IMG/VR virus record: IMGVR_UViG_3300025425_000010
Coordinates: 1-64,000 of that record
Direction: 5' to 3' (one strand)
Origin: a virus
Length of the DNA stretch: 64,000 bases
The notes below the pieces were generated by a model, which was given only the letters and a program-made list of their open reading frames with translations, made no database searches and had not been told where the DNA came from. Below, piece by piece: positions 10,330 to 20,128 of this stretch. The stretch's first letter is position 1. The number at the start of each line of letters is the position of its first letter. The position numbers were made by a program, and so were the translations under genes.

Positions 10330-10866
10330 TTAAATAAGATTATTAAATTTAGATTGAATGAATTTTAAATCACTATAGTGTTTACGATTACCAATATCAC
10401 CAATTATCTTCTTATTTTCCATTATTGATAATGGATTATCAATAACAAGGTCTTTATAGACAATTTTCTCAATTTCAGTTTCTTCAAATATATCTATATG
10501 GAAATTTTCAAAGAATTGATACCATTTTGGTATATACATAACAGAACCCAAATACCCACTGTCGTTTTCTATAAAATCATAACTATCTCTATGTGAGAAG
10601 TTGAATTTTTTAATATCAGAATTCATTATATCTAAATCACCAACCGTTCTATCTAAAAGACCGAATAAGTATAATGCCATCGAGCCAGTTATAGCTTTAC
10701 CATTATGTGTTTCCTTATAAACTTTATACTCTCTGGACTTTTTAAATTTCTCATATCTCTCATTTTCAACACCTATCACATATTCACCAAGTGCCAGTTT
10801 TATCTTGATATTACGCATGGTCATTTCATATCCACTATCATATTCATTATCAGTACTCATAATCAT
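10330..10866 (-). CDS. Putative nucleotidyltransferase-fold protein
   Basis: ITGSMAL...GDLDI, a GS..DxD signature. Confidence 0.6.
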   Translation of the reverse strand: MIMSTDNEYDSGYEMTMRNIKIKLALGEYVIGVENERYEKFKKSREYKVYKETHNGKAITGSMALYLFGLLDRTVGDLDIMNSDIKKFNFSHRDSYDFIENDSGYLGSVMYIPKWYQFFENFHIDIFEETEIEKIVYKDLVIDNPLSIMENKKIIGDIGNRKHYSDLKFIQSKFNNLI

Positions 10867-10910
10867 TTATATTGTTCAAGGTATTTATCAAATTCTCTTA
10901 TTATAAAATA

Positions 10911-11255
10911 TTAGTCGAGTATGTCCTTCAGTTGCATATCTCTAACTTTCTGTCTTATTACCTCATCACCCAAACCATCTTCTATTAATTTCAAAACTAT
11001 GTTAAGTTTGTCTTTAACTATTTTATAACGATCCGAATTAATAATTTGTGACTCAATAGAATTACCCCTCCAAAGAACTTCCATTCGAGTTTCCTGAGCA
11101 CCATCAACCGGAAAAATTATAGAATTAATATTCTTCATATAGGCATCCATAAATCCTTTTATTTTTTCCTCGGCTTTAAGACGACCAAGACCATTCACAT
11201 TTATGTATACGACAAATATTGGTTTTTCTAAATTTAACTCTGTTTCTTCATTCAT
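10911..11255 (-). CDS. Hypothetical protein with C-terminal RxxxLxxIL motif
   Basis: Ends VRDMQLKDILD. Confidence 0.7.
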   Translation of the reverse strand: MNEETELNLEKPIFVVYINVNGLGRLKAEEKIKGFMDAYMKNINSIIFPVDGAQETRMEVLWRGNSIESQIINSDRYKIVKDKLNIVLKLIEDGLGDEVIRQKVRDMQLKDILD

Positions 11256-11469
11256 TTAATATCTCAATTAATTTTTTATTCCTATCACATCTATCAAATA
11301 GTATTTTACCGAATAACGTTAGTGATGCATTTGCCTTACTACCAATTATTATACCCTTATCGTGTAGTTTATCAGCAATGTCAGGCCACTGTTCTTTCAT
11401 TTCCATGAAGTTCAAAGTACCATCTATAGATTTTCTAAAAATTTTTATATGACGGAACGTAAAACACAC
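11248..11469 (-). CDS. Small hypothetical protein with C-terminal motif; 5' end abuts MITE C
   Basis: Ends DRNKKLIEILNE. The listed start lies inside the MITE, so the true start is uncertain. Confidence 0.5.
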   Translation of the reverse strand: MCFTFRHIKIFRKSIDGTLNFMEMKEQWPDIADKLHDKGIIIGSKANASLTLFGKILFDRCDRNKKLIEILNE

Positions 11470-11623
11470 AAGTCTTTAGCTTGTGTGATGTAAGTGACAT
11501 AAAAAATAAACAAAAAGGGGAGGATGTTAATATAATATATAATATGTCTGGGTTGAGGGACCAATTTCGGACTTTAAACAAAAAGGCGTTCTCGTTCAAA
11601 TCTTTAGTTTGTGTGTAGTTCAT
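11449..11623 (+). mobile_element. IS200/IS605-derived MITE (copy C)
   Basis: TTTAT|ATGACGG...hairpin...GTGTAGTTCAT. Near-identical to 1-175. Confidence 0.85.
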
Positions 11624-11676
11624 ATATAGTGATATAATTTTAATTTGTAAAGGTTTATAAAAAAGTACTAAATAAT

Positions 11677-11946
11677 ATGGATATTAAGAAGTTTAAACAG
11701 TTTTTCGAAGACGGTGACGGTGGTGGCGGTGATGGGGGTGGTGTTGGTATGGCCAATGCTACAACTGCTGGTATGGGCCCTATTGTATCAGCACAGCCAG
11801 GTACACTTCCCGGAACAACTGGAACGGAAGGATCAGGTGATATAGGAGTAACATTTAAGAAAAAGAAGAGAAAAAAGGGTGATGTTGGTGAAGTTTCTGA
11901 TTTAAGAGATTTAAAGGATGAGGAAGGTATTGAGGAAGTAGATTAA
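11677..11946 (+). CDS. Gly-rich small protein with N-terminal tag
   Basis: Starts MDIKKFKQFFE; contains a basic KKKKRKK patch. Confidence 0.7.
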   Translation: MDIKKFKQFFEDGDGGGGDGGGVGMANATTAGMGPIVSAQPGTLPGTTGTEGSGDIGVTFKKKKRKKGDVGEVSDLRDLKDEEGIEEVD

Positions 11947-12050
11947 ACGAAAGAAATGAAACATTTAAAGAAATTTAACGAAACGAATATTGTTATGAGT
12001 GTGGATTATCTCCGATAATAGGTTATGTATTTGGATAAAGTTGGTTTATC

Positions 12051-12713
12051 TCAGAAACACTTGATTCCGGGAATTTTCAATTCTTCACCCAATATAAGTA
12101 ACATTCGGATAGAATATTGTACAATGCCAAGGTCGTGTGTGAATGGGAAGTGTCCATCACATCCATCATATACAGGTGAGTATGATGAGACCTCTTTATC
12201 ATTTATATCAGATATGAGTCTTTGTAATGTTGGTCTTTCACAAACAGTGTGTTTGCCAATTTTCTGTGGATGTTTGGTAACGTCAGTGAATGTATTAGTA
12301 ACCAATCCTGCTTTAGTTGCTATACTCTCACCATCTTTCAATCCCCATGATTTTGTTATACACTCAACATCAAGTTCTGAATAAGTTCTATATATTCTCA
12401 CACCAGGACGTACCTCATTACGATATTTATCAACATATTTCTTTTCATTGAAGAATATAACGAAGTCAGCGTTTTCGGCCTGTATGTATATTATTTTACC
12501 TCTTTTACATCCATCAACTACACCAGCAGTTGCATTATGTAATTCCAGTGTCGTTTTGTAATTTTCTTGACGGGTTTTGTTTGGATCAAAAACATATCCG
12601 GCTTTTTTTAAAATTGCATGAATATCTCCCAGAGAATCTGTTATCTCTTTTACTTGTTTTTTCAAACTGTTGTGAAATATTCGGATTGTTCTTTCTATGT
12701 CGTAATAGTCCAT
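12051..12713 (-). CDS. Hypothetical protein
   Basis: 220-aa ORF with a TACATTTG box at 12718-12725. Confidence 0.7.
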   Translation of the reverse strand: MDYYDIERTIRIFHNSLKKQVKEITDSLGDIHAILKKAGYVFDPNKTRQENYKTTLELHNATAGVVDGCKRGKIIYIQAENADFVIFFNEKKYVDKYRNEVRPGVRIYRTYSELDVECITKSWGLKDGESIATKAGLVTNTFTDVTKHPQKIGKHTVCERPTLQRLISDINDKEVSSYSPVYDGCDGHFPFTHDLGIVQYSIRMLLILGEELKIPGIKCF

Positions 12714-12733
12714 ATATCAAATGTACGAATAAT

Positions 12734-13657
12734 TTATGTAATATACCAACCAACTTTGGCATCTTGATTTATTCTGAAATAGTCGGCTAGTAACGGAATC
12801 TCCTCACTATCAATTTTATCATTAAATTTCTCACAATCACTACTTATTATAACAGCTTTACTCCCATCACCAAGTATAACCATCTTATCGAATGACCTAT
12901 CACTAACCATGTAAGAGTATAATATCTTAACTATTTCCTTTCTAAGTTTGTGAAAGTCTAAATAGGCAAAATCAAATAGGTGTTCTACATCGTGTCTATT
13001 ATCATCAAGAGCTCTTAAATAATCACCAATGAATAATTTTCGATCTTCCAATGAAAGTTTCATAAGTTCTTCTTGCCAGTGTTCTTGGTGTCGGGCCTTT
13101 TCTAACTCAACGGCTGGGATATTTACTTTATGTGCTATGTTTGGTTTGAGCCCATATTGTAAAACCAGTTTATTAGTTCGTCTTAGGAATTCGGTACCAG
13201 TTACTTTACCATTTATCCTGACCTCTTGGCCTTTTATCTCAACGTTTTCACCATCTATAAGTAAATCGCCTCGTGAGGCTTTATATATCAGTGGTGATAT
13301 GAAGATGAACATTAACTCACCCTCACCAGAAGCTGAGTTAGGTGTTCCTAATCCAACACTCCTCAATCTCCAAAGTGATTTAGTAAAATCTATCCACTTG
13401 GGTGTTATGTAATCATCTATATTCCCGCCTTCTTTGAAAAATGATATATCGAAAACTTTATTGTTTTCTACATCAGATATGAAGTTTTTTATTTGAAATA
13501 GTGTATCTTCTGATACTTCGCCATAAAACCTTACTATGGATCCAATTAAGGAATCTATTATACTATCTTTCTTCTTTTCATGTGAAACTTCTTTTAATAT
13601 CGACATATTGTAACAGTGTTCGAGAAGAGTATTTTCAAGTTCTTTTACTATATTCAT
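12734..13657 (-). CDS. Putative PD-(D/E)xK endonuclease
   Basis: SGEGE...RGDLLIDGENVEIKG, an E..D..ExK pattern. Confidence 0.55.
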   Translation of the reverse strand: MNIVKELENTLLEHCYNMSILKEVSHEKKKDSIIDSLIGSIVRFYGEVSEDTLFQIKNFISDVENNKVFDISFFKEGGNIDDYITPKWIDFTKSLWRLRSVGLGTPNSASGEGELMFIFISPLIYKASRGDLLIDGENVEIKGQEVRINGKVTGTEFLRRTNKLVLQYGLKPNIAHKVNIPAVELEKARHQEHWQEELMKLSLEDRKLFIGDYLRALDDNRHDVEHLFDFAYLDFHKLRKEIVKILYSYMVSDRSFDKMVILGDGSKAVIISSDCEKFNDKIDSEEIPLLADYFRINQDAKVGWYIT

Positions 13658-14003
13658 ATAAATCTCCGAGTGTAGGCTTAGTTTCTTTTTCTACTCCCAA
13701 CACTCTTTCTATCTGTTTTTTTCGAAAAGTTTGCTTATCGTATATAGAATCCATATCAATCTCTGATAACCTAGGGTGTCTTGGGTTCCGCAATCGTCTT
13801 CCTCCCCATTTATCATTTTCGTATGATGGACTAATATTTTTATCAACATATTTATATCTAATTTCACGACAAAGTGAATCGTTTTCATCATCTAAAGACC
13901 AAGCCGCATAATCATAAGGACCATCACGATAACCATCATATATATTACCGTATTCGTCTATTCCCTCGTCAATAATTTCACGGATTTTCACTTTATACTT
14001 CAT
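13635..14003 (-). CDS. Hypothetical protein with near-C-terminal RxxxIxxVL motif
   Basis: RKKQIERVLG; TATATTTG box at 14012-14019. Confidence 0.65.
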   Translation of the reverse strand: MKYKVKIREIIDEGIDEYGNIYDGYRDGPYDYAAWSLDDENDSLCREIRYKYVDKNISPSYENDKWGGRRLRNPRHPRLSEIDMDSIYDKQTFRKKQIERVLGVEKETKPTLGDLYEYSKRT

Positions 14004-14057
14004 AATAAATACAAATATAAATAAAACATTTGACTTATATATTTAAATATATAGTAT

Positions 14058-14961
14058 ATGTTGTATAATTACAAACAATTCATAAATGAGTCCAGACAAG
14101 ATATAGATTCTATATGTCAGAAGTATGGTATAAAGAACTACACGATTAATGAGGATGGATCAATTGATGTTGACGGAGATGTTAATATACCTAATTGGGA
14201 ATTGGTAGAATTACCCATCAAATTTGGAAATGTTAGTGGTGGTTTCAATTGTTCTAATAATAAATTGGTTTTGTTAGAGGGTGCTCCATCTAGTGTTGAT
14301 GGTGCTTTTTAGTTGTTATAATAATGAATTGACTTCGTTAGAGGGTTGTCCATCTAGTGTAGGTGGTGGTTTCTTTTGTTCTCGTAATAAATTGATTTTG
14401 TTAGAGGGAGCTCCATCTAGTGTTGATGGTGATTTCTATTGTTATAATAATGAATTAACTTCGTTAGAGGGAGGACCATCAACTGTAGGTGGTGATTTCC
14501 ATTGTTCTGATAATGAATTGACTTCGTTAGAGGGAGGACCATCAACTGTTGGTGGTAATTTCTATTGTTCTGGTAATAAATTAACTTCGTTAGAGGGAGC
14601 TCCATCTAGTGTTGATGGTCATTTCGGTTGTGCTTATAATAAATTGACTTCGTTAGAGGGAGGACCATCAACTGTTGGTGGTGATTTCCTTTGTTCTGAT
14701 AATAAATTAATCACATTAGAAGGATTCCCAACCTTGTTTAGACTAACAACAAAAATTAATATTTCTCATAACCCAGTTAGAGAGGTGTATGAATTGTTCA
14801 GTGATTTGAAGGCAATTGAATATATGAACGAGACTGGTTGTATAAATACTGACACAATGGAGGTATATTACATTGCTCTATTGGATGTTTGGGAATACAG
14901 CGGTATGGAAATAGTAAAACCAGAGAATATTAAACTTAGACATTATACATTGGTCTATTAA
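14058..14961 (+). pseudogene. LRR protein 1 (8 x 21-aa repeats), frameshifted by an extra T at ~14306-14310
   Basis: ORFs 14058-14312 and 14281-14961 join into a paralog of 15474-16565 if GCTTTTTAGT loses one T. Confidence 0.8.
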
Positions 14962-14971
14962 TATATAGTGT

Positions 14972-15463
14972 ATGTTATATAAGTATAGAGAATTCATAAA
15001 TGAGTCCAGACAGGATATAGATTCTATTTGTCAGAAGTATAATATAATAAACTATACAGTTAATGAGGATGGATCCATTGATGTTGATGGAAATGTTGAT
15101 TTATCTAATCGGGAATTGATAGAATTACCGCTTAGATTTAGAAATGTTGGTGGTAATTTCGATTGTTCTGATAATAAATTGACTTCGTTGGAGGGAGCTC
15201 CAACATCTGTTGATGGTAATTTCTATTGTTCTGATAATGAATTGACTTCGTTGGAGGGAGCTCCATCTAGTGTTGATGGTGCTTTCGATTGTTCTGATAA
15301 TGAATTGACTTCGTTAGAGGGAGGTCCATCTAGTGTTGGTGGTAATTTCAATTGTTATAATAATGGATTGACTTCGTTGGATGGTTGCCCATCTAGTGTT
15401 GATGGTGATTTCGATTGTTCTGGTAATAAATTGACTTCGTTGGAGGGAACATTGGTCTATTAA
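14972..15463 (+). CDS. LRR protein 2 (5 repeats, C-terminal cap deleted)
   Basis: Same N-terminal cap as its paralogs. The last repeat runs directly into the terminal TLVY* of paralog 1. Confidence 0.8.
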   Translation: MLYKYREFINESRQDIDSICQKYNIINYTVNEDGSIDVDGNVDLSNRELIELPLRFRNVGGNFDCSDNKLTSLEGAPTSVDGNFYCSDNELTSLEGAPSSVDGAFDCSDNELTSLEGGPSSVGGNFNCYNNGLTSLDGCPSSVDGDFDCSGNKLTSLEGTLVY

Positions 15464-15473
15464 TATATAGTGT

Positions 15474-16565
15474 ATGTTATATAAGTATAGAGAATTCATA
15501 AATGAGTCCAGACAGGATATAGATTCTATTTGTCAGAAGTATAATATAAAGAACTACATAATAAATGAAGATGGATCAATTGATGTTGACGGAGATGTTG
15601 ATTTATCTAATCGGGAATTGATAGAATTACCGCTTAAATTTAGAAATGTTAGTGGTTATTTCTATTGTCGAAATAATAAATTGACTTCGTTGGAGGGAGC
15701 TCCAACATCTGTTGATGGTAATTTCTATTGTTATAGGAATAAATTGACTTCGTTGGAAGGAGCTCCATCTAGTGTTGGTGGTGATTTCAATTGTTCTGGT
15801 AATGGATTGACTTCGTTGGAGGGTTGTCCATCTAGTGTTGATGGTAATTTCGATTGTTCTGATAATGAATTGACTTCGTTAGAGGGAGGTCCATCTAGTG
15901 TTGGTGGTAATTTCAATTGTTATAATAATGGATTGACTTCGTTGGATGGTTGCCCATCTAGTGTTGGTGGTGATTTCAATTGTTCTGGTAATGGATTGAC
16001 TTCGTTGGAGGGTTGTCCATCTAGTGTTAGTGGTGATTTTAGTTGTTTTTTCAATAAATTGACTTCGTTGGAGGGAGCTCCATCTACTGTTGATGGTAAT
16101 TTCTATTGTTATAATAATGGATTGACTTCGTTGGAGGGAGCTCCATCTAGTGTTGGTGGTGATTTCTATTGTCGAAATAATGAATTGACTTCGTTGGAGG
16201 GAGCTCCATCTAGTGTTGATGGTAATTTCAATTGTTCTGATAATGAATTGACTTCGTTAGAGGGAGGTCCATCTAGTGTTGGTGGTGATTTCTATTGTTC
16301 TGGTAATAAATTGACTTCGTTGGAGGGATTCCCAACCTTATTTAGACCAACAATGGTAATTGATATTTCTGATAGCCCAGTTAAGGAGGTGTATGATTTA
16401 TTTAGTGATTTGAAGGCAATTGAATATATAAACGAGACTGGTTGTATAAATAAAGATACGATGGAGGTATATTACATTGCTCTATTGGATGTTTGGGAAT
16501 ACAGCGGTATGGAAATAGTAAAACCAGAGAATATTAAACTAGAACATTACACACTGGTTGTGTAG
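15474..16565 (+). CDS. LRR protein 3 (11 x 21-aa repeats, intact)
   Basis: 63-bp unit encoding LTSLEG.PSSV.G.F.C..N., with N- and C-terminal caps. Confidence 0.9.
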   Translation: MLYKYREFINESRQDIDSICQKYNIKNYIINEDGSIDVDGDVDLSNRELIELPLKFRNVSGYFYCRNNKLTSLEGAPTSVDGNFYCYRNKLTSLEGAPSSVGGDFNCSGNGLTSLEGCPSSVDGNFDCSDNELTSLEGGPSSVGGNFNCYNNGLTSLDGCPSSVGGDFNCSGNGLTSLEGCPSSVSGDFSCFFNKLTSLEGAPSTVDGNFYCYNNGLTSLEGAPSSVGGDFYCRNNELTSLEGAPSSVDGNFNCSDNELTSLEGGPSSVGGDFYCSGNKLTSLEGFPTLFRPTMVIDISDSPVKEVYDLFSDLKAIEYINETGCINKDTMEVYYIALLDVWEYSGMEIVKPENIKLEHYTLVV

Positions 16566-16566
16566 A

Positions 16567-16821
16567 TTAGTGATCTAAGTATATCATATACTTCTCCTCA
16601 TCATTCAAATTTATCTGTAATGTTTCTTCCTTGTGTCCAGTAGTGAATCTAATAACTACGAGGTTCATGATACCAACATCTTTATCGGTTTCTCCTAGGA
16701 TATCATCCAATAGAACACTTCGTACATCTGTCTTACTCATTTTAGGACCCACTTCAATAGTTAATTCTATATCAATATTAATCCTCTTATCTACGAATGT
16801 GTGTATAAGGTTTGTGTACAT
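16567..16821 (-). CDS. Hypothetical protein
   Basis: Likely start MYTNLIH; internal VRSVLLDDIL motif. Confidence 0.55.
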   Translation of the reverse strand: MYTNLIHTFVDKRINIDIELTIEVGPKMSKTDVRSVLLDDILGETDKDVGIMNLVVIRFTTGHKEETLQINLNDEEKYMIYLDH

Positions 16822-16955
16822 AGACTCGTTACGTCTCTGTGTCTTATATAGAAATAGTGAGAATATAACTAATCGTTTAATGTAGTTATGTCTAATTAGT
16901 TGAAAATTTAAATTCATATTACATATATTAAATTAATGATCCGTACATTACCAAG

Positions 16956-17312
16956 ATGGGTATGTGTATAATAGATATAATTAATAAAGTAATATACACA
17001 CTCTTTGTGGCTGTGGGTGGTAATTTTTATTTGAATTGGCTGCTGGTAACTAACCCAACATCAAAAAATCCACTTATTAAGTGGTGTTGGGGTGTTATGT
17101 GTTGTAACAGCACATGGAATGTTAGAGATAGATATATTGATGCTTATGTTTATGGTGTAATACACATAATAGGATGTGTTTTTATGATTTATTCTGGTGG
17201 GTTTTGGACAATTTGTAATTTCGTTATAAATGTCTATCCAATACTAGTTCAGTTATATATAGGTTTCAGATGTTATCGAATAATGCAGTATAAGAAATTA
17301 CGATCTAAGTAA
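16956..17312 (+). CDS. Putative membrane protein
   Basis: Several hydrophobic segments. Confidence 0.55.
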   Translation: MGMCIIDIINKVIYTLFVAVGGNFYLNWLLVTNPTSKNPLIKWCWGVMCCNSTWNVRDRYIDAYVYGVIHIIGCVFMIYSGGFWTICNFVINVYPILVQLYIGFRCYRIMQYKKLRSK

Positions 17313-17543
17313 TTTCTTCAACCTGAGTTCACGTATCTCTTCCTTATTCATCAATTTCTTATAAGTTTCTGAACAAACAGGACATGTCGATTTCTTTCGG
17401 TGTCTATTGGATCGATTTCGATAAATGTCTGATACATCCCTAAGACATTCTGGACAGAACTTATTATCGGGATTCGTTAATATTGGTAGTGTTGTCCAAG
17501 TATAATTGATACCAAAGTGCCTTTCGAAAATTTTATAATCCAT
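17298..17543 (-). CDS. Zn-ribbon protein with C-terminal motif
   Basis: CPEC...CPVC; ends IRELRLKKLLRS. Confidence 0.7.
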   Translation of the reverse strand: MDYKIFERHFGINYTWTTLPILTNPDNKFCPECLRDVSDIYRNRSNRHRKKSTCPVCSETYKKLMNKEEIRELRLKKLLRS

Positions 17544-17545
17544 TT

Positions 17546-17743
17546 TTATTTCTTTAATATTGTTTTTAGTTTTAAATCTCTTACTTCGGATTTTATTAAT
17601 GTGTCTCCTTTGTTAAAATATTTCCGACAGTCCAGACACTGGTAATCCGAAACCATAGAGTATTGATTAAATGACACCACCAAACTATCACGGTAACAAT
17701 GAGGACAATATCTATCTTCTGTACTTAGTGTTTTTGTAATCAT
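17546..17743 (-). CDS. Zn-ribbon protein with C-terminal motif
   Basis: CPHC...CLDC; ends VRDLKLKTILKK. Confidence 0.7.
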   Translation of the reverse strand: MITKTLSTEDRYCPHCYRDSLVVSFNQYSMVSDYQCLDCRKYFNKGDTLIKSEVRDLKLKTILKK

Positions 17744-17955
17744 GTCAATAGTTCCTTTAACTTGAATTCTCTCACAGTAGCTTTAGTTAATGATTTATAT
17801 ATGGGAAAACTTATTGAGCAATCCATACACACATAAGCACTAAACAAAGTGAATCCACCATATTCACTAGTTAGGTTATTACTATAACACTCTGGACAAT
17901 ATCTAGATTTCCTTTTATCATCTAAATCACCTTCTGGATATATTCTTCCACTCAT
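17740..17955 (-). CDS. Zn-ribbon protein with C-terminal motif
   Basis: CPEC...CMDC; ends VREFKLKELLT. Confidence 0.7.
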   Translation of the reverse strand: MSGRIYPEGDLDDKRKSRYCPECYSNNLTSEYGGFTLFSAYVCMDCSISFPIYKSLTKATVREFKLKELLT

Positions 17956-17962
17956 AGGTTTA

Positions 17963-18151
17963 TTACATTCTGTCTAATATAGTAATGGCAATGAAGAAAA
18001 AACCAACAACTATTGTAAATATTGATGCTGATATAAAAGCCAATCGGAAGGTGGCGTATGCATATCCAAAAGGAAGACCTATAAGTGTGAATATAAGGAA
18101 AAATATCACATATATTGAGATAATTCGTAATGTATTTCTTAGTCGTTTCAT
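17963..18151 (-). CDS. Small 2-TM membrane protein
   Basis: Two hydrophobic helices; ATGA overlap with the upstream gene. Confidence 0.6.
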   Translation of the reverse strand: MKRLRNTLRIISIYVIFFLIFTLIGLPFGYAYATFRLAFISASIFTIVVGFFFIAITILDRM

Positions 18152-18669
18152 AGTTTTGTTTTTATTACTTTTAATATCGTATCTATATCATATGGGCTTG
18201 TCAAGACTGTGTGATCTATATTATTCTCTGATAATAAACTCTCATATATTTGATCCACTTTTTTAGCATTTTCTAAGGTTTGTGTTCGGCCATTCTGAAC
18301 ATACTCGAAGCTTCTCTCTAGATAGAAAGCCAAATTATTCATTTTATTATACTCACACAAGACAAGATCTGTGAAATATGGATTGTTTCCGTTGTAATAG
18401 ACAATAGAATTTAATAAAGGTGAGTCAGTTATTATGACATCGACTTTATCAATTAATCGATGTGTTCGTTGATGTTGTTTTCCGAAGATATATAGTTGGT
18501 TTTCAATCTTTTTAAAAGACTCCTCCCATACTACTTCTTTGACATACTCCGGTGCCATCTCAACATCGATTCCGTCCATTTTCATTCTAGCAAATAGATT
18601 TGCACATAGTGTTGATTTTCCAGTACCTGGACCACCGAATAAGCTGATAATAAGTGTTTTTTCATTCAT
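18148..18669 (-). CDS. P-loop kinase/ATPase (NadR/AAA_28-like)
   Basis: GGPGTGKST, EYVKE, ITDSPL, GRTQ. Confidence 0.85.
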   Translation of the reverse strand: MNEKTLIISLFGGPGTGKSTLCANLFARMKMDGIDVEMAPEYVKEVVWEESFKKIENQLYIFGKQHQRTHRLIDKVDVIITDSPLLNSIVYYNGNNPYFTDLVLCEYNKMNNLAFYLERSFEYVQNGRTQTLENAKKVDQIYESLLSENNIDHTVLTSPYDIDTILKVIKTKL

Positions 18670-18825
18670 ATACTATATATACGATAAATAATGGCATAAG
18701 ATTTTAAAAAACTGAAAAATTATATTTCCGGAAGGTGATTTCATTTAAATTATCAAGAAATATAGTAAAAATATACTAGAGACTGTGTGTTTACTTATAT
18801 ATACATGTAAATAAATGTACCTATT

Positions 18826-18990
18826 ATGAAGAATAAGTTATTAAATGTAAGAATACCTGAGAAGTTGTTAAATGACTATAAAGAGTTTTGTGAGGAGAAT
18901 ACTTTCACGATGTCTAAGAGAATTCGTAAATTGATGGAGAATGATATTAATAAGTGGAAGGAATATAGAGCGGCTAAACTACTTAAGTAA
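18826..18990 (+). CDS. Ribbon-helix-helix DNA-binding protein (below the ORF-track cutoff)
   Basis: MKNKLLNVRIPEKLLNDYKEFCEENTFTMSKRIRKLM, with TTATATATAC upstream. Confidence 0.7.
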   Translation: MKNKLLNVRIPEKLLNDYKEFCEENTFTMSKRIRKLMENDINKWKEYRAAKLLK

Positions 18991-19257
18991 TTTTTCCAAT
19001 TTTTTGTTACGAAATTCAGATTCACTCAACAGTTCGTCTTCATATACAAATTTTGAATTAGTTGATGTATTGTCTATGGGTATGATGTGATATTCACAAC
19101 ATTTATCACCGGGGTAACATTGAGCACTATGTATGGTATATTTAAAACCACGATAAAAAACCACGGACTTTATTCCGAATTTAACACTAACATACGATTT
19201 TTCATACTCTTCATCACTACCTCCCGTACCAATAAATTTCCTTTGTAACCAACTCAC
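18979..19257 (-). CDS. Hypothetical protein with C-terminal motif
   Basis: Ends FRNKKLEKLLK. Confidence 0.7.
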   Translation of the reverse strand: MSWLQRKFIGTGGSDEEYEKSYVSVKFGIKSVVFYRGFKYTIHSAQCYPGDKCCEYHIIPIDNTSTNSKFVYEDELLSESEFRNKKLEKLLK

Positions 19258-19874
19258 TTTTTGAGTATGCTATTTAATTTAACATCTCTCATAACTGCTT
19301 TCAACCAACCTTCTGATGGTTTTGGTTCTTCACCATCTACGTCCAATACCCACATATCACCTTCTTTAAAATGATCACACCCATTGGCGTTATATTTACC
19401 AGAAGTTAAACTAGTTTCATCAAATATATCAGCATAACATCCATAATCGGTGGATTCCACGGTGTAGTTGGAGTACCCTCGATCCTGTGAGTAATATCTT
19501 GAGCAATCTTCACAACTTTTTAACGGAGTATTGTTTAATAAATCGATATCGATTTTTATTTGCTCGATTGGATTTATGTTTGATAACTTATCTCTCAATT
19601 TTTTGATGAATAAGATTTTGACTTCTTCATCAACAATTATCGGGGTTTGTAATCTATCCACGGTGTGTATTTCGGTACATAGTGCTCCATTATATTCGGA
19701 AACAGATGCTATGGATTTATACTCATATCTACTCCACCCAGTACCTACACATAAATAACATGACCAAAGACCTTCTTCCAAAGTATCTAGTTCGAATTGA
19801 ACATTGACAGTAGGGTAACCATTTTTAGATGATAAACCCTTTCCCTTTACTCTCTTTGCCTTAATTACTTTCAT
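19254..19874 (-). CDS. Riboflavin-kinase-like domain fused to a Cys-rich domain, with C-terminal motif
   Basis: GKGLSSKNGYPTVNV resembles RFK G.G.G..LGFPTAN; also EIH, KLRD..IEQIKID. Ends MRDVKLNSILKK. Confidence 0.6.
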   Translation of the reverse strand: MKVIKAKRVKGKGLSSKNGYPTVNVQFELDTLEEGLWSCYLCVGTGWSRYEYKSIASVSEYNGALCTEIHTVDRLQTPIIVDEEVKILFIKKLRDKLSNINPIEQIKIDIDLLNNTPLKSCEDCSRYYSQDRGYSNYTVESTDYGCYADIFDETSLTSGKYNANGCDHFKEGDMWVLDVDGEEPKPSEGWLKAVMRDVKLNSILKK

Positions 19875-20091
19875 TTAATAATTCGTGTAGTCGTTTGTTA
19901 CGTACATTTTTAACCAATTCTACCTCAGATTCATATACAAATTTAATCCTAACCGTGTCACTGGACATCACAATCTTATACTCAATTATATCATTAACTA
20001 AGAGTACTTCATTTATACACCACTGGGTATTATTATGAAAGACAAAATCTTCCTTAGTATATAATGCTCTTATGTAGGGTATATCATTCAT
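19861..20091 (-). CDS. Hypothetical protein with C-terminal motif
   Basis: Ends VRNKRLHELL; shares KFVYE with 18979-19257. Confidence 0.7.
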   Translation of the reverse strand: MNDIPYIRALYTKEDFVFHNNTQWCINEVLLVNDIIEYKIVMSSDTVRIKFVYESEVELVKNVRNKRLHELLNESN

Positions 20092-20128
20092 AGTACTTAT
20101 TTAAGTATTCTCTATTGTCGTTGATTAC

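Noticed and set aside
14058-16565. 63-bp repeats as a CRISPR array or as a DGR target
   Set aside because: The repeats are in-frame coding units without unique spacers. The variable codons are mostly NNT, compatible with AAT mutagenesis, but AT bias explains this equally well, and the window has no reverse transcriptase or template repeat.
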